Program-made: the position numbers and the translations under genes
Notes under the pieces: model-generated
The model's database searches: none
What the model was told of the DNA's origin: nothing
Seen by the model: the letters and a program-made list of their open reading frames with translations, nothing else
Assembly: GCA_938084645.1 (NCBI GenBank)
Contig: CALKEP010000001.1
Location: 136,972 to 200,971, forward strand
Reading direction: 5' to 3'
Source: an uncultured Phycisphaerales bacterium
GTDB taxonomy: Bacteria; Planctomycetota; Phycisphaerae; Phycisphaerales; SM1A02
Length of the DNA: 64,000 nucleotides
Shown: piece by piece, positions 18,459 through 28,345 of the stretch
Numbering within the stretch: the stretch's first letter is position 1
How the letters are laid out: every line of letters begins with the position of its first letter

Positions 18459-20203
18459 GGTTCGCTGCGCTCCACCTTGACGCCGAAGTCGTCCGACGAC
18501 ACGACCCGCACCCGCGTGCCGCGGTCGATGTAGGCCCCGACGCTCTGGGCGTCGATCAGGCGATCACCGAAGCGGACTCTGCCCGAGGTGCGGAGGGGTG
18601 AGACGACGACGCCTTCGGACCCCTTCGGGATGATGGTACCGATCGTGGGCATGGGCGCCGGTGCGGGGCGGCCGGTCGAGTCGTCGATTCCCACTCCGAC
18701 CGCATCCGCGAGAACGATCCGGCTGGCGAAGGAGAGTCGCGGGATGTTGCGGAGGAGCAGCCAGATCCCGACGCCGCCACCGATGAAGCCGATGGTCGTC
18801 GCGAGCAGGCCGTGCACCAGGCCGTCACGCACGCCGTCGTCGAACGGACGGCCTCCGACGAAGGTGCCCACCAGGCCGACGAAGATGCAGATCCCACCCG
18901 CGACGCCGGCGACGCCGAATCCGGGCAGCAGGAACAACTCGAACGCCGCGAGCATCAGGCCGATCAGGACCACTGCGACCGTCCACCATTCCGCCATTCC
19001 GGCCAGGAGGGGGGCACCGAGCAGCAGCGCCAACGCGGCGATGGAGACGAGGCCGAACGCGCCGTATCCGGGGGCGGCGGTCTCGATGAAGAAACCGATC
19101 AGCAAGACCGCGATGAGGACGGCGCGGACCGGCCAGAGGGTCAGGAATCGAACGAGGCCTTCCGACCAGGTGGTGTCGTACCGGGTGGCGGAAGTCGCGC
19201 CGAAGAACGCGAGGAGCTCGCGATCATCGGCGATTTGCGCACTGGTGAATCCATACGCGGCGGCTTCGTCGGCCCGCAGGACGAGGAGTTCATCGCGGGT
19301 GACGACCTGGCCGAGCGAGACCCAGTCCTCGGCGTCCTCGGGGCCGAGCGTGGGTCGTCTTGACGGAAGGTCCTGCAGGAACTCGATCGTCGCGTCCCGT
19401 TCGCTCGCGGTGGGGACCGGTTCATCCGGATCGGCGGTTCCGAGAAGGCCGGTCAGCGGATCCCTCGACGGCACGGACGGCAACCGGGCGAGGCCGGTCG
19501 AGGTGGGGGGCTCTCCGAAGATCCGCTCGTACTCCGGCGCGTCGACGAAGAGTCGATCGCCGGTTCGCTTGTTGCGGATGAGCCAGAGTTCCACGTCGAC
19601 CGCGACGAAGGACTGGACCAGCTTCTCATCCCAGCCCTGTCGACGTGCGTCGTACACCACTTCCGAGAGGAGCGGCGCTTCGATCTTGGCCCGCTCGGCG
19701 GCGGGGAGCTGTCGGAGTCCGACCACCGGCAGGCCCTGGATCGGGGCGGCGTCCCCGAAGACGCCGGAGGGTGTGGTGATGATCTCGCGGGTCGAGAGCG
19801 CGATGATCGTTCCGGCGCTGAAGGCCTTCGGCCGGATCCATGCGACGGTGTTCGCCGGGGCCCGAGTTCGAATCAGTTCGAGGATGTCGTAGGTCGCGAG
19901 CAGGTCGCCTCCCGGCGTGTCCAGTTCGAGGACCACGGCGTCGCACCCGTCGGCCTTCGCTTCCGCGAGTCTTCGCTCGAGGGAGCGGGTCGTCACGCCG
20001 TCGATGGGACCGTGGATCGGAAGGATCGCGACCGAATCGGCCTTTCGGCCGGCGGGGATCGCGATGGGCGTGGTCGGTGAGGACTGGACTTCGTCCGGCG
20101 AGGCTTCGGCGAGGAGACCGAGCAGGAGAAACACCGAAGCGAGGAAGACGAAGGCCCGAGCGGGAACGAGAGCATGGAGTTGGGAAGGGCGCATCGGGTT
20201 CAT
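18455..20203 (-). CDS. nfeD: Long NfeD protein (ClpP-class protease domain + TM + OB fold)
   Basis: LPIHGPID, LELDTPGG, AFSAGTIIAL, GDAAPI, ELFLLPGFGVAG, PLRTSGRV...DAQSVGAYIDRG. Confidence 0.88.
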   Translation of the reverse strand: MNPMRPSQLHALVPARAFVFLASVFLLLGLLAEASPDEVQSSPTTPIAIPAGRKADSVAILPIHGPIDGVTTRSLERRLAEAKADGCDAVVLELDTPGGDLLATYDILELIRTRAPANTVAWIRPKAFSAGTIIALSTREIITTPSGVFGDAAPIQGLPVVGLRQLPAAERAKIEAPLLSEVVYDARRQGWDEKLVQSFVAVDVELWLIRNKRTGDRLFVDAPEYERIFGEPPTSTGLARLPSVPSRDPLTGLLGTADPDEPVPTASERDATIEFLQDLPSRRPTLGPEDAEDWVSLGQVVTRDELLVLRADEAAAYGFTSAQIADDRELLAFFGATSATRYDTTWSEGLVRFLTLWPVRAVLIAVLLIGFFIETAAPGYGAFGLVSIAALALLLGAPLLAGMAEWWTVAVVLIGLMLAAFELFLLPGFGVAGVAGGICIFVGLVGTFVGGRPFDDGVRDGLVHGLLATTIGFIGGGVGIWLLLRNIPRLSFASRIVLADAVGVGIDDSTGRPAPAPMPTIGTIIPKGSEGVVVSPLRTSGRVRFGDRLIDAQSVGAYIDRGTRVRVVSSDDFGVKVERSEP

Positions 20204-20285
20204 CGCTTCGCATCATAGGACCCCGGATTCGCCGCCGTACGGTGGACGAGCGGCAGCGAGCGGCGACCCGCGCGTCATTCAAGGA

Positions 20286-20319
20286 GAAGCCGCCCGTGGA
20301 ATGATCCACGGGCGGCTTC
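20286..20319 (-). terminator. Terminator-like hairpin after the pilin-like gene pair
   Basis: 15-bp perfect stem GAAGCCGCCCGTGGA/TCCACGGGCGGCTTC, 4-nt loop, weak U tract. Confidence 0.7.
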
Positions 20320-20356
20320 GGATTCGGAGACCGGACGAGTCCGGTCGGGGCTGGAA

Positions 20357-21223
20357 TCAGTCCCAGCTGATCGCGGATTCCCAGTTGAACGTCTCGCAGT
20401 CGCCACCGGTCGCGGAACCGGTGTCGGTGATGCAGAGGAAGACGTCGCCGCCTTCACCGTCCTGGTCGACGTCTTCGGCGAAGAGAGTGTCTTCGACGAC
20501 GACTCCGTTGTCGTTGATCTGGGCGAGCGTGGTCGGCGCGAAGGTCCGCGTCAGTTCGACGTGGTTGTCGTTGTAGCAGACGTTTCCGACCCACTCCTTG
20601 CGGGTGCCGTGGATCTGCAGCGTCTTCGAGCCGAGGTACGTGTCCTCGTCGTAGCTCGAGTTCTCGACGCCGCGGTTGCCGAGAACGGCGAACTTGGAGT
20701 CGAGCGACTTGCGCCACTGACGGGCCTTGCGATCACCGTAGAGAAGGCAGGTTCCGTAGCTCGTGTTGCAGGTCTGCTGAAGGTCGGCCTTGAACCGCGA
20801 GAAGTTGTTGGTGTCCCAGAACTTGTCGAGGGGCGGGCTGTACGACTCGAGGTCGTAGGTCGAGGCGATGGCGACGTTCGCCGATGCCTCGCTGGGGCTG
20901 ACCAGGATCTGCGGCGTGGCGTACTCCGCGGAAATGGTCGCGGCGAAGAGGTTGGCGTGACTGTTCACGCTCTGATCCTCGGGGCCCTTGCCGGGCGTGT
21001 TGCCGCAGCGGTTGACCAGGCCAGGGGTGGGGAAGATGTCGTTGTAGTCGGTCGACATGATCAGCCAGCCCTTGTGGGTCTGGTTCAACTGCGTCGCATC
21101 CTTCACCTGGCGGGCCGAGGCGCGAGCCTTGGCGAGTGCCGGCAGCAGGAGGCCGAGCAGGAGGGCGATGATCGCCATCACGACGAGCAGCTCGATGAGC
21201 GTGAAGCCGTTTCGCTTTCGCAT
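20357..21223 (-). CDS. Prepilin-type N-terminal cleavage/methylation protein (DUF1559-like), paralog 2
   Basis: MRKRNG^[25 protein letters not shown]-terminal [11 protein letters not shown]. Confidence 0.9.
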   Translation of the reverse strand: MRKRNGFTLIELLVVMAIIALLLGLLLPALAKARASARQVKDATQLNQTHKGWLIMSTDYNDIFPTPGLVNRCGNTPGKGPEDQSVNSHANLFAATISAEYATPQILVSPSEASANVAIASTYDLESYSPPLDKFWDTNNFSRFKADLQQTCNTSYGTCLLYGDRKARQWRKSLDSKFAVLGNRGVENSSYDEDTYLGSKTLQIHGTRKEWVGNVCYNDNHVELTRTFAPTTLAQINDNGVVVEDTLFAEDVDQDGEGGDVFLCITDTGSATGGDCETFNWESAISWD

Positions 21224-21290
21224 GACTATGAACTCCAATGTTCTGAATTGAGCGGGATTCGATCCCGTCCGAAGTAATCGTGAAGAAGGA

Positions 21291-22271
21291 TCAGTTGGCA
21301 CGCTTCGCGTCGTAGATCGCGGTGCACTTGGGCTCGCCCGGTGCGCCTTCGACGACGATCTCGTTCATCGCGAGCCAGGTATCACCGGCTTCCCAGGTGT
21401 TGCAGTCCTCGAATTCGGCCGCGAAGATGTTGTCCTTCGCGAGTTCGCGGTCACCACATTCGTAAGCGACGTTGCTCGGGAAGAAGTTCTTGCTGTACTC
21501 CACATGGTTGTCGTTGTAGACGACGTTGCCCTGCCACTCGGTGTCGGGGCCCATGAAGAGGAGCGTCCAGCTCTTTCGGTACTCGTCGGTCGAGGTGTCA
21601 CCGTTCTTGGTGCCACGAGTCGAGAAGACGGGCTTCGAACTGTTCTGGTTGTTGCGCCAGGTGTTGGTCTTCCGGTCACCACAAAGCATGAGGTGGGCGA
21701 AGGAGCAGTGCGCCCGGCCGTAGGGGGCGGCACGGTTGATCTTCGACAGGAAGATCTGGTTCGCGGCGCCCTGGGGGCTGGTTCCGGGAGAGACGGTCAC
21801 CGGGTCAGGCGTGTCGCCCATCCAGTAGATGTCGGTCGCGGGGTCGATGACCGCGTAGTCGTAGCTGATCGAGTCGTCCGCGGCGTTGTCGCCGTACTTC
21901 GCCACGACGGGGTTGGCTTCCACCGGGCTGACGACGATGTCGTCGTTGAAGTAGCCCTGGCCGATCATGCCGGAGTAGAGATGGCCGGTCGAGTTCTTCT
22001 TCCAGTTCTCGGGACCGAAGCCGGGCTGTCGGCCGATCCGGGGATCGGTGAAGCGGTTGATCCGGCCCGGGGAGGGCAGGTAGCCGTTGGGGTCGTCGTT
22101 GGACCAGATGAGACAGGCCTTGTGGATCTGGGCCTGCTGATTGGAGTCCTTCACGACTCGCGCGGCCTGCTGGGCACGGGAGAGTGCGGGGAGAAGAAGT
22201 CCGATGAGCAGCGCGATGATCGCGATGACCACCAGCAACTCGACGAGGGTGAAACCGTTGCGCTTTCGCAT
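21291..22271 (-). CDS. Prepilin-type N-terminal cleavage/methylation protein (DUF1559-like), paralog 1
   Basis: MRKRNG^[25 protein letters not shown]-terminal [11 protein letters not shown]. Confidence 0.9.
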   Translation of the reverse strand: MRKRNGFTLVELLVVIAIIALLIGLLLPALSRAQQAARVVKDSNQQAQIHKACLIWSNDDPNGYLPSPGRINRFTDPRIGRQPGFGPENWKKNSTGHLYSGMIGQGYFNDDIVVSPVEANPVVAKYGDNAADDSISYDYAVIDPATDIYWMGDTPDPVTVSPGTSPQGAANQIFLSKINRAAPYGRAHCSFAHLMLCGDRKTNTWRNNQNSSKPVFSTRGTKNGDTSTDEYRKSWTLLFMGPDTEWQGNVVYNDNHVEYSKNFFPSNVAYECGDRELAKDNIFAAEFEDCNTWEAGDTWLAMNEIVVEGAPGEPKCTAIYDAKRAN

Positions 22272-22900
22272 GTGTGGGGTCTCCAAGAAGCAAGGAGCCT
22301 GAAAAGGAATTCGGCGATCGGATGAACGCCGCGATGAACACGATGAATCGGATCTTCCCTCTGGAGCCGCCGCTACGAGGAAGGCGCCAGAGTTCCGCCG
22401 ACCTGGACCGGCCGGAGGGATGGAAGGCCCGAAGAAGAGCCTCTACGAAAGTGCGGTGGGTGAAACCCTCGTGATTCGAATCCGCAACGAGTGCGAAGTC
22501 CGATTCCCGCGATCACCATCATCATCCGGACTTGGAACACGAAGGACGTGAATCAACTTGATTCGCGATGTCGCGATCCGGGGTGGATGTCTGGTGATCC
22601 AGCCGCTGGCGAGCCCGACCGAGGAAGCCCGAACCCTCTGCCTCCATGCCCGTTTCCGGCCCGGGAGGGAGGATGGGGAGGAGGAGGCGGTTACGAGACA
22701 GCCGCGACCTTTTCGGAGGTCGCTCGGTCGGTATGTCTCGGGCGGCGGCGGATGATTGCCGAAGTGACTCGGCGAATGAGGGCAGGTGAGCATGTTGACC
22801 GGCGATGAATGATGGTGCCGGCGATCCGGAAATCTTCCGGAGGCTCGAAATATGAAGGACCTGCCGCGGCCCGTATCGAAGGTGCTTGGAATCCAAGCGC
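22272..22900 (-). other. Long structured non-coding region (candidate 5' leader or ncRNA)
   Basis: No convincing CDS. Several inverted repeats (22547-22567, 22694-22740, 22825-22841, 22881-22901) downstream of a candidate promoter. Confidence 0.4.
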
Positions 22901-22904
22901 CACA

Positions 22905-22932
22905 AGGATATTCCGTCCGCCGGACCTGTCAA
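22905..22932 (-). promoter_or_regulatory. Candidate sigma70-type promoter
   Basis: Minus-strand TTGACA-N16-TATCCT pointing toward the pilin-like genes. Confidence 0.6.
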
Positions 22933-23280
22933 GTTCCTCGAAATGGGGATTGAGGCCTAAAAAGGTCGCTGAGGTCATCCTTACAGGGCCTCCGTCAGGC
23001 GACTTTTCTCCGCGGAATTCGAACGGCCCCACCGGATTCGCCCGCGTTCGGCCCGTTGATACCGCCGGGGGGCCTCCGCTTGGGGCCTGGTCGGGCAGGG
23101 TTGGATCGCCCTGCGGAGGGTTCCTCGATCATCGAGCGTCGGCGGTGATGGGCCTCGGCGGCGTGCTATCGTCCCCTCGCCCGGTCACGAGCTCGTCCAG
23201 AGCCCGGGTGATGGGCGTCTGGGGCGAACTCCCACGGTCGCTTCAAGCCCGATCGCTTCCAGGTCCACGACGGAGGATGA

Positions 23281-23748
23281 ATGGTGAATTCGATCGAATC
23301 CAGGCTCAAGGATCTGGGCATCGACCTTCCGGATGCCCCCAAGCCGGTCGCGTCCTACGTGCCCGCGGTTCGTACCGGCAACCTGCTCGTGGTCAGCGGG
23401 CAGCTTGCTTTCGAGGACGGGATCCTCGCCCACACCGGGGCGGTCCCCTCCGCGACGTCCGTCGAGGACGCGATCGTGGCGGCGCGACGGTGCGCCATCA
23501 ACGGGATCGCGGCAGCCCGTTCCGCGCTGGGTGGCGACCTCGATCTGATTCGCCGGGTGGTGCGACTGGGCGTCTTCGTCCAGAGCGACGCCGGATTCGA
23601 TGCCCAGCCACAGGTGGCGAACGGTGCCAGTGATCTCATGGTCGAGGTCTTCGGCGATGCGGGGCGTCACGCGCGGGCCGCGGTCGGCGTCAGCGCGCTG
23701 CCACTCGACGCTTCGGTCGAGATCGAGTTCATGTTCGAAGTCGAATGA
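23281..23748 (+). CDS. RidA/YjgF/YER057c/UK114 family protein
   Basis: PKPVASYVP, VSGQL, VANGASDLMVEVFGDAGRHARAAVGV..LPLDASVEIE; GGAGG RBS. Confidence 0.92.
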   Translation: MVNSIESRLKDLGIDLPDAPKPVASYVPAVRTGNLLVVSGQLAFEDGILAHTGAVPSATSVEDAIVAARRCAINGIAAARSALGGDLDLIRRVVRLGVFVQSDAGFDAQPQVANGASDLMVEVFGDAGRHARAAVGVSALPLDASVEIEFMFEVE

Positions 23749-23767
23749 GCGGATCGCGGGCGATGCT

Positions 23768-25078
23768 TCAGGCTCGCGAGACGACCCAGGCCACGAGGAT
23801 CAGGTTCGCAAGGACGCTGAGGACCAGCCCGGCGATCAACGCCAGGTTCAGTCCCTGAGTGTCGCCGCCCCGGGTCGCCGGTCGCATCGTCTCCGATTCC
23901 TCGCCTTCGGCCGCCATCGACGAGACCACCGTCGCGATGTCCATCACGCTGCGGGCGTGCATGGGCATTCCGCCGGACTCCACGGCGTCGAGATCCTCGA
24001 GAAGCTCCTCGGCGCTGCGATATCGATCGGCGGGATCCTTCGCCATCATCAGCTCGATGATCTGGGCGAGGCCGCTCGAGATCGAGGGGTTCAGCTGGTC
24101 GGGCGGGACGATTTCGTCCTTGAGGTGGCGATGCATGACCTCGGACGGGTTCTTGCCGTTGAAGGGGACCCGCCCGGTGACCATGTGGTAGAGCGTCGCG
24201 CCGAGGCCGTAGATGTCGGCCTGGGGCCCGATGTCGACCTTGCCGCGGATCTGCTCGGGTGAGATGTAGAAAGGCGTTCCGTAGGCCTTTCCAGCCTCCG
24301 CCTCCGCGGATTCCTTGTCGCTGAGGGCGCGGGCGAGACCGAGGTCCGCGAGCTTCACGACTCCGGAGTCGGTGAGCATGATGTTCTTCGGCTTGATGTC
24401 CCGGTGGATGAAGCCCCGCGCGTGGGCGTGCATGAGCGCGGACGCCATCTGCTTCGTCACCTGGATCGCCTCCACCTCGTCGAAGCGCTTGTCGGCGCTG
24501 ATCCGGTCGAAGACCGTCTCGCCGTCGACGTACTCCATCACGAAGTAGTGGTGCTCGCCGGACTGGGCCACGTCGTACGCGGCGACGATGTTCGGATCGT
24601 TGAGTTTCGCCGCGGCGCGCCCCTCCTTGTAGAAGCGGGCGATGAAGTCGGCGTTGTCGTTGTATCGGCGTGGGAGGACCTTGATCGCGACGAACCGATC
24701 CAGCGAGAGCTGCTTGCCGAGGAACACCGTCGCCATCGCGCCGGCGCCCAGCTTGCGGATGATCTTGTAGCCGGGGATCGCGCGGGTGCTCTTCTCCGAC
24801 TCGACTTCGGTCCGGAGCCGCTCGACCTGGCTGGGCGTCATGAAGCCCGATTTGAGGAGGGCGTCCGCGAGACTCGCGTCGGGGTCCTGCTCCCGCGTGT
24901 TCCGAACGACCTCGAGTTCGTCGGGACTGACCAGCCCGCGTTCGACCACGACCCGACCGAGCAGCGTCTCGAACCCGGCGCCGGCCCGACTGCCGCTGTC
25001 GCCGCCGCTCGCGGCCGCATCACTGCGGTCCGAGGTCGGCTCGGCGTCCTTGGCGGGCTGGGGGTTCGGTTCGGTCAC
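23768..25078 (-). CDS. Hanks-type Ser/Thr protein kinase with C-terminal membrane anchor
   Basis: LGAGAMATV, VAIK, HRDIKPKN, DLG, GTPFYISPEQ, DIYGLG; TM at the extreme C-terminus. Confidence 0.93.
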   Translation of the reverse strand: MTEPNPQPAKDAEPTSDRSDAAASGGDSGSRAGAGFETLLGRVVVERGLVSPDELEVVRNTREQDPDASLADALLKSGFMTPSQVERLRTEVESEKSTRAIPGYKIIRKLGAGAMATVFLGKQLSLDRFVAIKVLPRRYNDNADFIARFYKEGRAAAKLNDPNIVAAYDVAQSGEHHYFVMEYVDGETVFDRISADKRFDEVEAIQVTKQMASALMHAHARGFIHRDIKPKNIMLTDSGVVKLADLGLARALSDKESAEAEAGKAYGTPFYISPEQIRGKVDIGPQADIYGLGATLYHMVTGRVPFNGKNPSEVMHRHLKDEIVPPDQLNPSISSGLAQIIELMMAKDPADRYRSAEELLEDLDAVESGGMPMHARSVMDIATVVSSMAAEGEESETMRPATRGGDTQGLNLALIAGLVLSVLANLILVAWVVSRA

Positions 25079-25234
25079 GTCGGTGGTCTCTCGGAAGGCG
25101 TCGGGGCTTTGGAGGGGTGCGGACGGTGCCTTCGGGCGGGGTGTGGAGCGGTCGTTCGGTCGATCAACGGACGAAGAACGAATCGGTGACTATTCTCGCA
25201 ACCCCGTGACCTGTCAAGCGATCCAGATCCAACC

Positions 25235-26284
25235 GTGACCCAGCCACCCCGAATCCTCCTGATCCGTCCGAGTGCGCTCGGCGATGTGTTCCGCTCGGTC
25301 CCCCTGGCCGCGTCCCTTTTCCGGGCATTCCCGGAAAACCCGATCGATTGGGTCGTGCAGGAGGAGTTCTCGGATGCGATTCGAGCCCATCCCGCCGTGT
25401 CCCGGGTCATCGGCTTCCCGAGACGGCGACTTCAGCACTGGTGGCGATCTCCCTCCGCGCTGGCCACCGCCTCGCGGTTCTTCCGGGGGTTGCGCGGAAA
25501 TTACGCGATGGCGATCGATGCCCAGGGACTCGCCCGCAGCGGCTTGATGGCGTTTGCGAGCGGGGCTCGCCGCCGCATCGGATTCGCGGATGCACCGGAA
25601 GGGGCCTGGCTGGGCTACGACGAGCGGATCCCAGTCTCCCCGGATCGCTCGGCCGTGGATCGGATGCTCGGCCTGCTTGAAGGCGCCGGGATCGAGCCGA
25701 TCGCGGACTGCCGGCTCCGTGTTCCCGAGGATGCGGAGGCCGGTTGGGCGGCCTGGCGATCGGCATCGATCGGAGCGGCCACCTACGTCGCCATCGCCCC
25801 GACCAGCCGATGGACGAGCAAGGAATGGCCCATGACGCACTGGCGGGGACTCCTGGAGCGACTGCTCGATGAGCGGCTCGCCGAGCGGATCGTGCTGCTC
25901 GGTGCCGCATCGGAGGCGGACCGTCTTCACGAACTCGCCGGCGATCGTGCCGAAGCGGTGGTGATGGCGGGCGCCGGTCCGCTCGCGATGTCGATGGCGG
26001 CGGTTCGCGATGCGGCGCTCCTGGTCGCCAATGATTCGGCGATGCTTCACGCTGCGGTGGGCTTCGACGTACCGCTGGTGGGGCTCTTCGGTCCGACCGA
26101 CCCCGCGATCTCCGGGCCCTACGGCCGAGTCGTGGACTGCATCGCGTCGCCGCTCGCCGATGGTGCGATCCACTATCGCGATCGAGGGCTCGGTGATCGT
26201 CTCATGCGGGCGATTCAGGTCGAGCAGGTGCTGGCGGCGTGTCGTGAACGTCTCACGACCGTGCATGTGGAGTCGGCGCCATGA
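25235..26284 (+). CDS. Glycosyltransferase family 9 (LPS heptosyltransferase WaaC/WaaF-like)
   Basis: ILLIRPSALGDV, IDAQGLARS, SRWTSKEWP, ANDSAMLHAA, GLFGPTDP. Confidence 0.92.
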   Translation: MTQPPRILLIRPSALGDVFRSVPLAASLFRAFPENPIDWVVQEEFSDAIRAHPAVSRVIGFPRRRLQHWWRSPSALATASRFFRGLRGNYAMAIDAQGLARSGLMAFASGARRRIGFADAPEGAWLGYDERIPVSPDRSAVDRMLGLLEGAGIEPIADCRLRVPEDAEAGWAAWRSASIGAATYVAIAPTSRWTSKEWPMTHWRGLLERLLDERLAERIVLLGAASEADRLHELAGDRAEAVVMAGAGPLAMSMAAVRDAALLVANDSAMLHAAVGFDVPLVGLFGPTDPAISGPYGRVVDCIASPLADGAIHYRDRGLGDRLMRAIQVEQVLAACRERLTTVHVESAP

Positions 26285-26874
26285 AGCGATCGGTGCTGCT
26301 GGGCAGCGCGAGTCCGCGGCGACGCCGGCTGCTGGAGTCCGCCGGATGGCGGGTCGAGCAGGTCGCGCCCGCGATCGACGATGGGGTGATCCGACTCTCG
26401 TCCGTTTCGCCCGCGAGCACCGTCGAGGCGCTGGCGTGGTTCAAGTCGGCGCAGATCGTCGACGTCGATGCGGCCCACGTCGCGAGCATCGCGGCGGACA
26501 CCGTCTGCGTGGTCGGCGATGCGATCGTCGGCAAGCCCGGCGATCGAACCGAGGCCGAAGGCATGATCACCCGGATGCTCGGTCGAAGACATCGCACGAT
26601 CACCGGCGTGTGCATTCGAAATCGCGCCGGACGACGTCTGTTGTTCAGCGATGCGGCGGAGGTCTCGATGGGAGATCTCGCACCCGAGCGAATCGAGGCC
26701 TATCTCGACTCCGGTGAGTGGGTCGGCAAGGCGGGCGGCTACAACCTCGAGGACCGGATCGCGGACGGCTGGCCCATCGAATGCGAGGGCGACCCCTCGA
26801 CGGTGATGGGACTGCCCATCCGGCGGTTGATTCCCTTGCTCGACGAATGGACGAGATCGGAGGATCGCCCGTGA
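26281..26874 (+). CDS. maf: Maf family nucleoside triphosphate pyrophosphatase
   Basis: LGSASPRRRRLL, AADTV, VGKP, GEWVGKAGGY, GDPSTVMGLP. Confidence 0.9.
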   Translation: MKRSVLLGSASPRRRRLLESAGWRVEQVAPAIDDGVIRLSSVSPASTVEALAWFKSAQIVDVDAAHVASIAADTVCVVGDAIVGKPGDRTEAEGMITRMLGRRHRTITGVCIRNRAGRRLLFSDAAEVSMGDLAPERIEAYLDSGEWVGKAGGYNLEDRIADGWPIECEGDPSTVMGLPIRRLIPLLDEWTRSEDRP

Positions 26875-27317
26875 ATTCGTTGACCGCGATCCAGGTCCTT
26901 CCGTGTCTCGGACAGACCCATCTGCCGGCGTGGACGACGTGCGTGGCGCTTGCGGTGGCCGCCGTGGCCGGGGGTTGGTACTGGAGGCGGCTGCGCCGCG
27001 GATCGGTGCCGATGATCCGGCGAAGGCTTCGGCGGGCGAGCCTGGTGATCGGGGGTGGGGTGCTCGTCGCCGCGGCGGCTGCCACCGGATGGCTCGATCC
27101 CGCCGTGCATCAGGTCCCCTACATCGTCACCTGGGCCGGAGTCGTGCTGGGCCTGCTGGTGCTGGTGATCCTGTCGCTGATCGACGCGGTCGTGTCGATT
27201 CGCATGCACCAGCGCAGTCTCGATCGACGTCTCGTCCGCGATGCGCTCCGGATTCGCAGCGCGATGGATCGCGAGGGCATCGGATCGCGAGCCGATGGGG
27301 AGGCCGACGATGCATGA
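26871..27317 (+). CDS. Hypothetical membrane protein (3 TM)
   Basis: Three hydrophobic segments; GTGA overlap with maf and 8-nt overlap with lpxK. Confidence 0.7.
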   Translation: MNSLTAIQVLPCLGQTHLPAWTTCVALAVAAVAGGWYWRRLRRGSVPMIRRRLRRASLVIGGGVLVAAAAATGWLDPAVHQVPYIVTWAGVVLGLLVLVILSLIDAVVSIRMHQRSLDRRLVRDALRIRSAMDREGIGSRADGEADDA

Positions 27318-28329
27318 GCCACCACGTTGGGCTTCGATCCTGCTCGCGCCCGCGACCTTGGTGTACGCGACGGTCGTCGACTGGCGTCGTCGTCGCTTCG
27401 ATGCCGGGAAGGGTGTGATCCGACTCGACGCCCCCGTGATCTCGGTCGGGAACCTCGTCGCGGGCGGCACCGGGAAGTCGCCGATCTGCCGGATCGTCGC
27501 CCGCCACCTCCAGCAGGCGGGGCGGCGGCCCGCGATCGCGATGCGCGGATATCGAGCCGGGGCGACCGGCTTCTCCGACGAAGCCGCGGAATACGCAGCG
27601 CGTCTCCCCGAGGTGCCCGTCGCGGTCGGTGCGGATCGGATCGCCGCCATCGCGGCGTTGGAGAACGCTCCGGGATCGATCGTCCTCGACGACGGCTTCC
27701 AACATCGACGGGTGCATCGGGATCTCGACATCGTCCTCGTCGACGCCGTCCACTCCGGTCTCGATCGGGCGATGCTGCCGTCGGGACCGAGACGGGAGCC
27801 GAAGAGCGCCCTGGGTCGTGCGGATCTGGTCGTCGTGACGCGGGCGTCGGAGATCGATCCCGTCCTGGCCGCCGACATCGAGCGGCATCATGGCCGGCCG
27901 CCCATCGCCTGGACTCGTCACGTCTGGACCGGGCTGACGTCGCATCACGAGGGCGTCGAATCGGCACGGCCGGTGTCCGACCTCGAGGGGCGTCGAGTCG
28001 CGACCCTGTTCGGAGTCGGTAATCCGGATTCCATCCGACGAGCGATCGAAGCGGCCGGCGGCATCGTCGTGCACGATGTCGCGGTGCGAGACCATGCCGC
28101 GTACGACGCGGCCCGCGTCTCGTCGATCGCCACCGCCGCGAAGGCGGCCGGTGCGGAGGCGATCGTCACCACGCTGAAGGACTGGGTGAAGATCGGTCGG
28201 CACGCGGATCGGCTCGGCGCGATGCCGATGCTGGTTCCAACGCTCGAGATCGAGTTTCTCGCCGGAGAGGCGGCACTTTTCGAGACCATCGACGAGACGG
28301 TCGCGAGGGCGGCCCCGGCCGCGCGGTGA
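27310..28329 (+). CDS. lpxK: Tetraacyldisaccharide 4'-kinase
   Basis: PVISVGNLVAGGTGKSP, RGY, SDEA, LDDGFQH, LPSGPRREP, TTLKDWVK. Confidence 0.93.
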   Translation: MHEPPRWASILLAPATLVYATVVDWRRRRFDAGKGVIRLDAPVISVGNLVAGGTGKSPICRIVARHLQQAGRRPAIAMRGYRAGATGFSDEAAEYAARLPEVPVAVGADRIAAIAALENAPGSIVLDDGFQHRRVHRDLDIVLVDAVHSGLDRAMLPSGPRREPKSALGRADLVVVTRASEIDPVLAADIERHHGRPPIAWTRHVWTGLTSHHEGVESARPVSDLEGRRVATLFGVGNPDSIRRAIEAAGGIVVHDVAVRDHAAYDAARVSSIATAAKAAGAEAIVTTLKDWVKIGRHADRLGAMPMLVPTLEIEFLAGEAALFETIDETVARAAPAAR

Positions 28330-28345
28330 TAGGCTCCGCCCCATC

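Noticed and set aside
21253..21268. GGGATTCGATCCC hairpin resembling a tRNA T-arm (also 22471-22485)
   Set aside because: No acceptor, D or anticodon arms could be built, and the gap is too short; not a tRNA.
22272..23280. ORFs of 66-274 aa in the large intergenic region, and possible tmRNA, RNase P or riboswitch
   Set aside because: The ORFs lack coding-like composition or motifs. Hallmark sequences such as GAGGAAAGUCC or a tRNA-like CCA end were not found.
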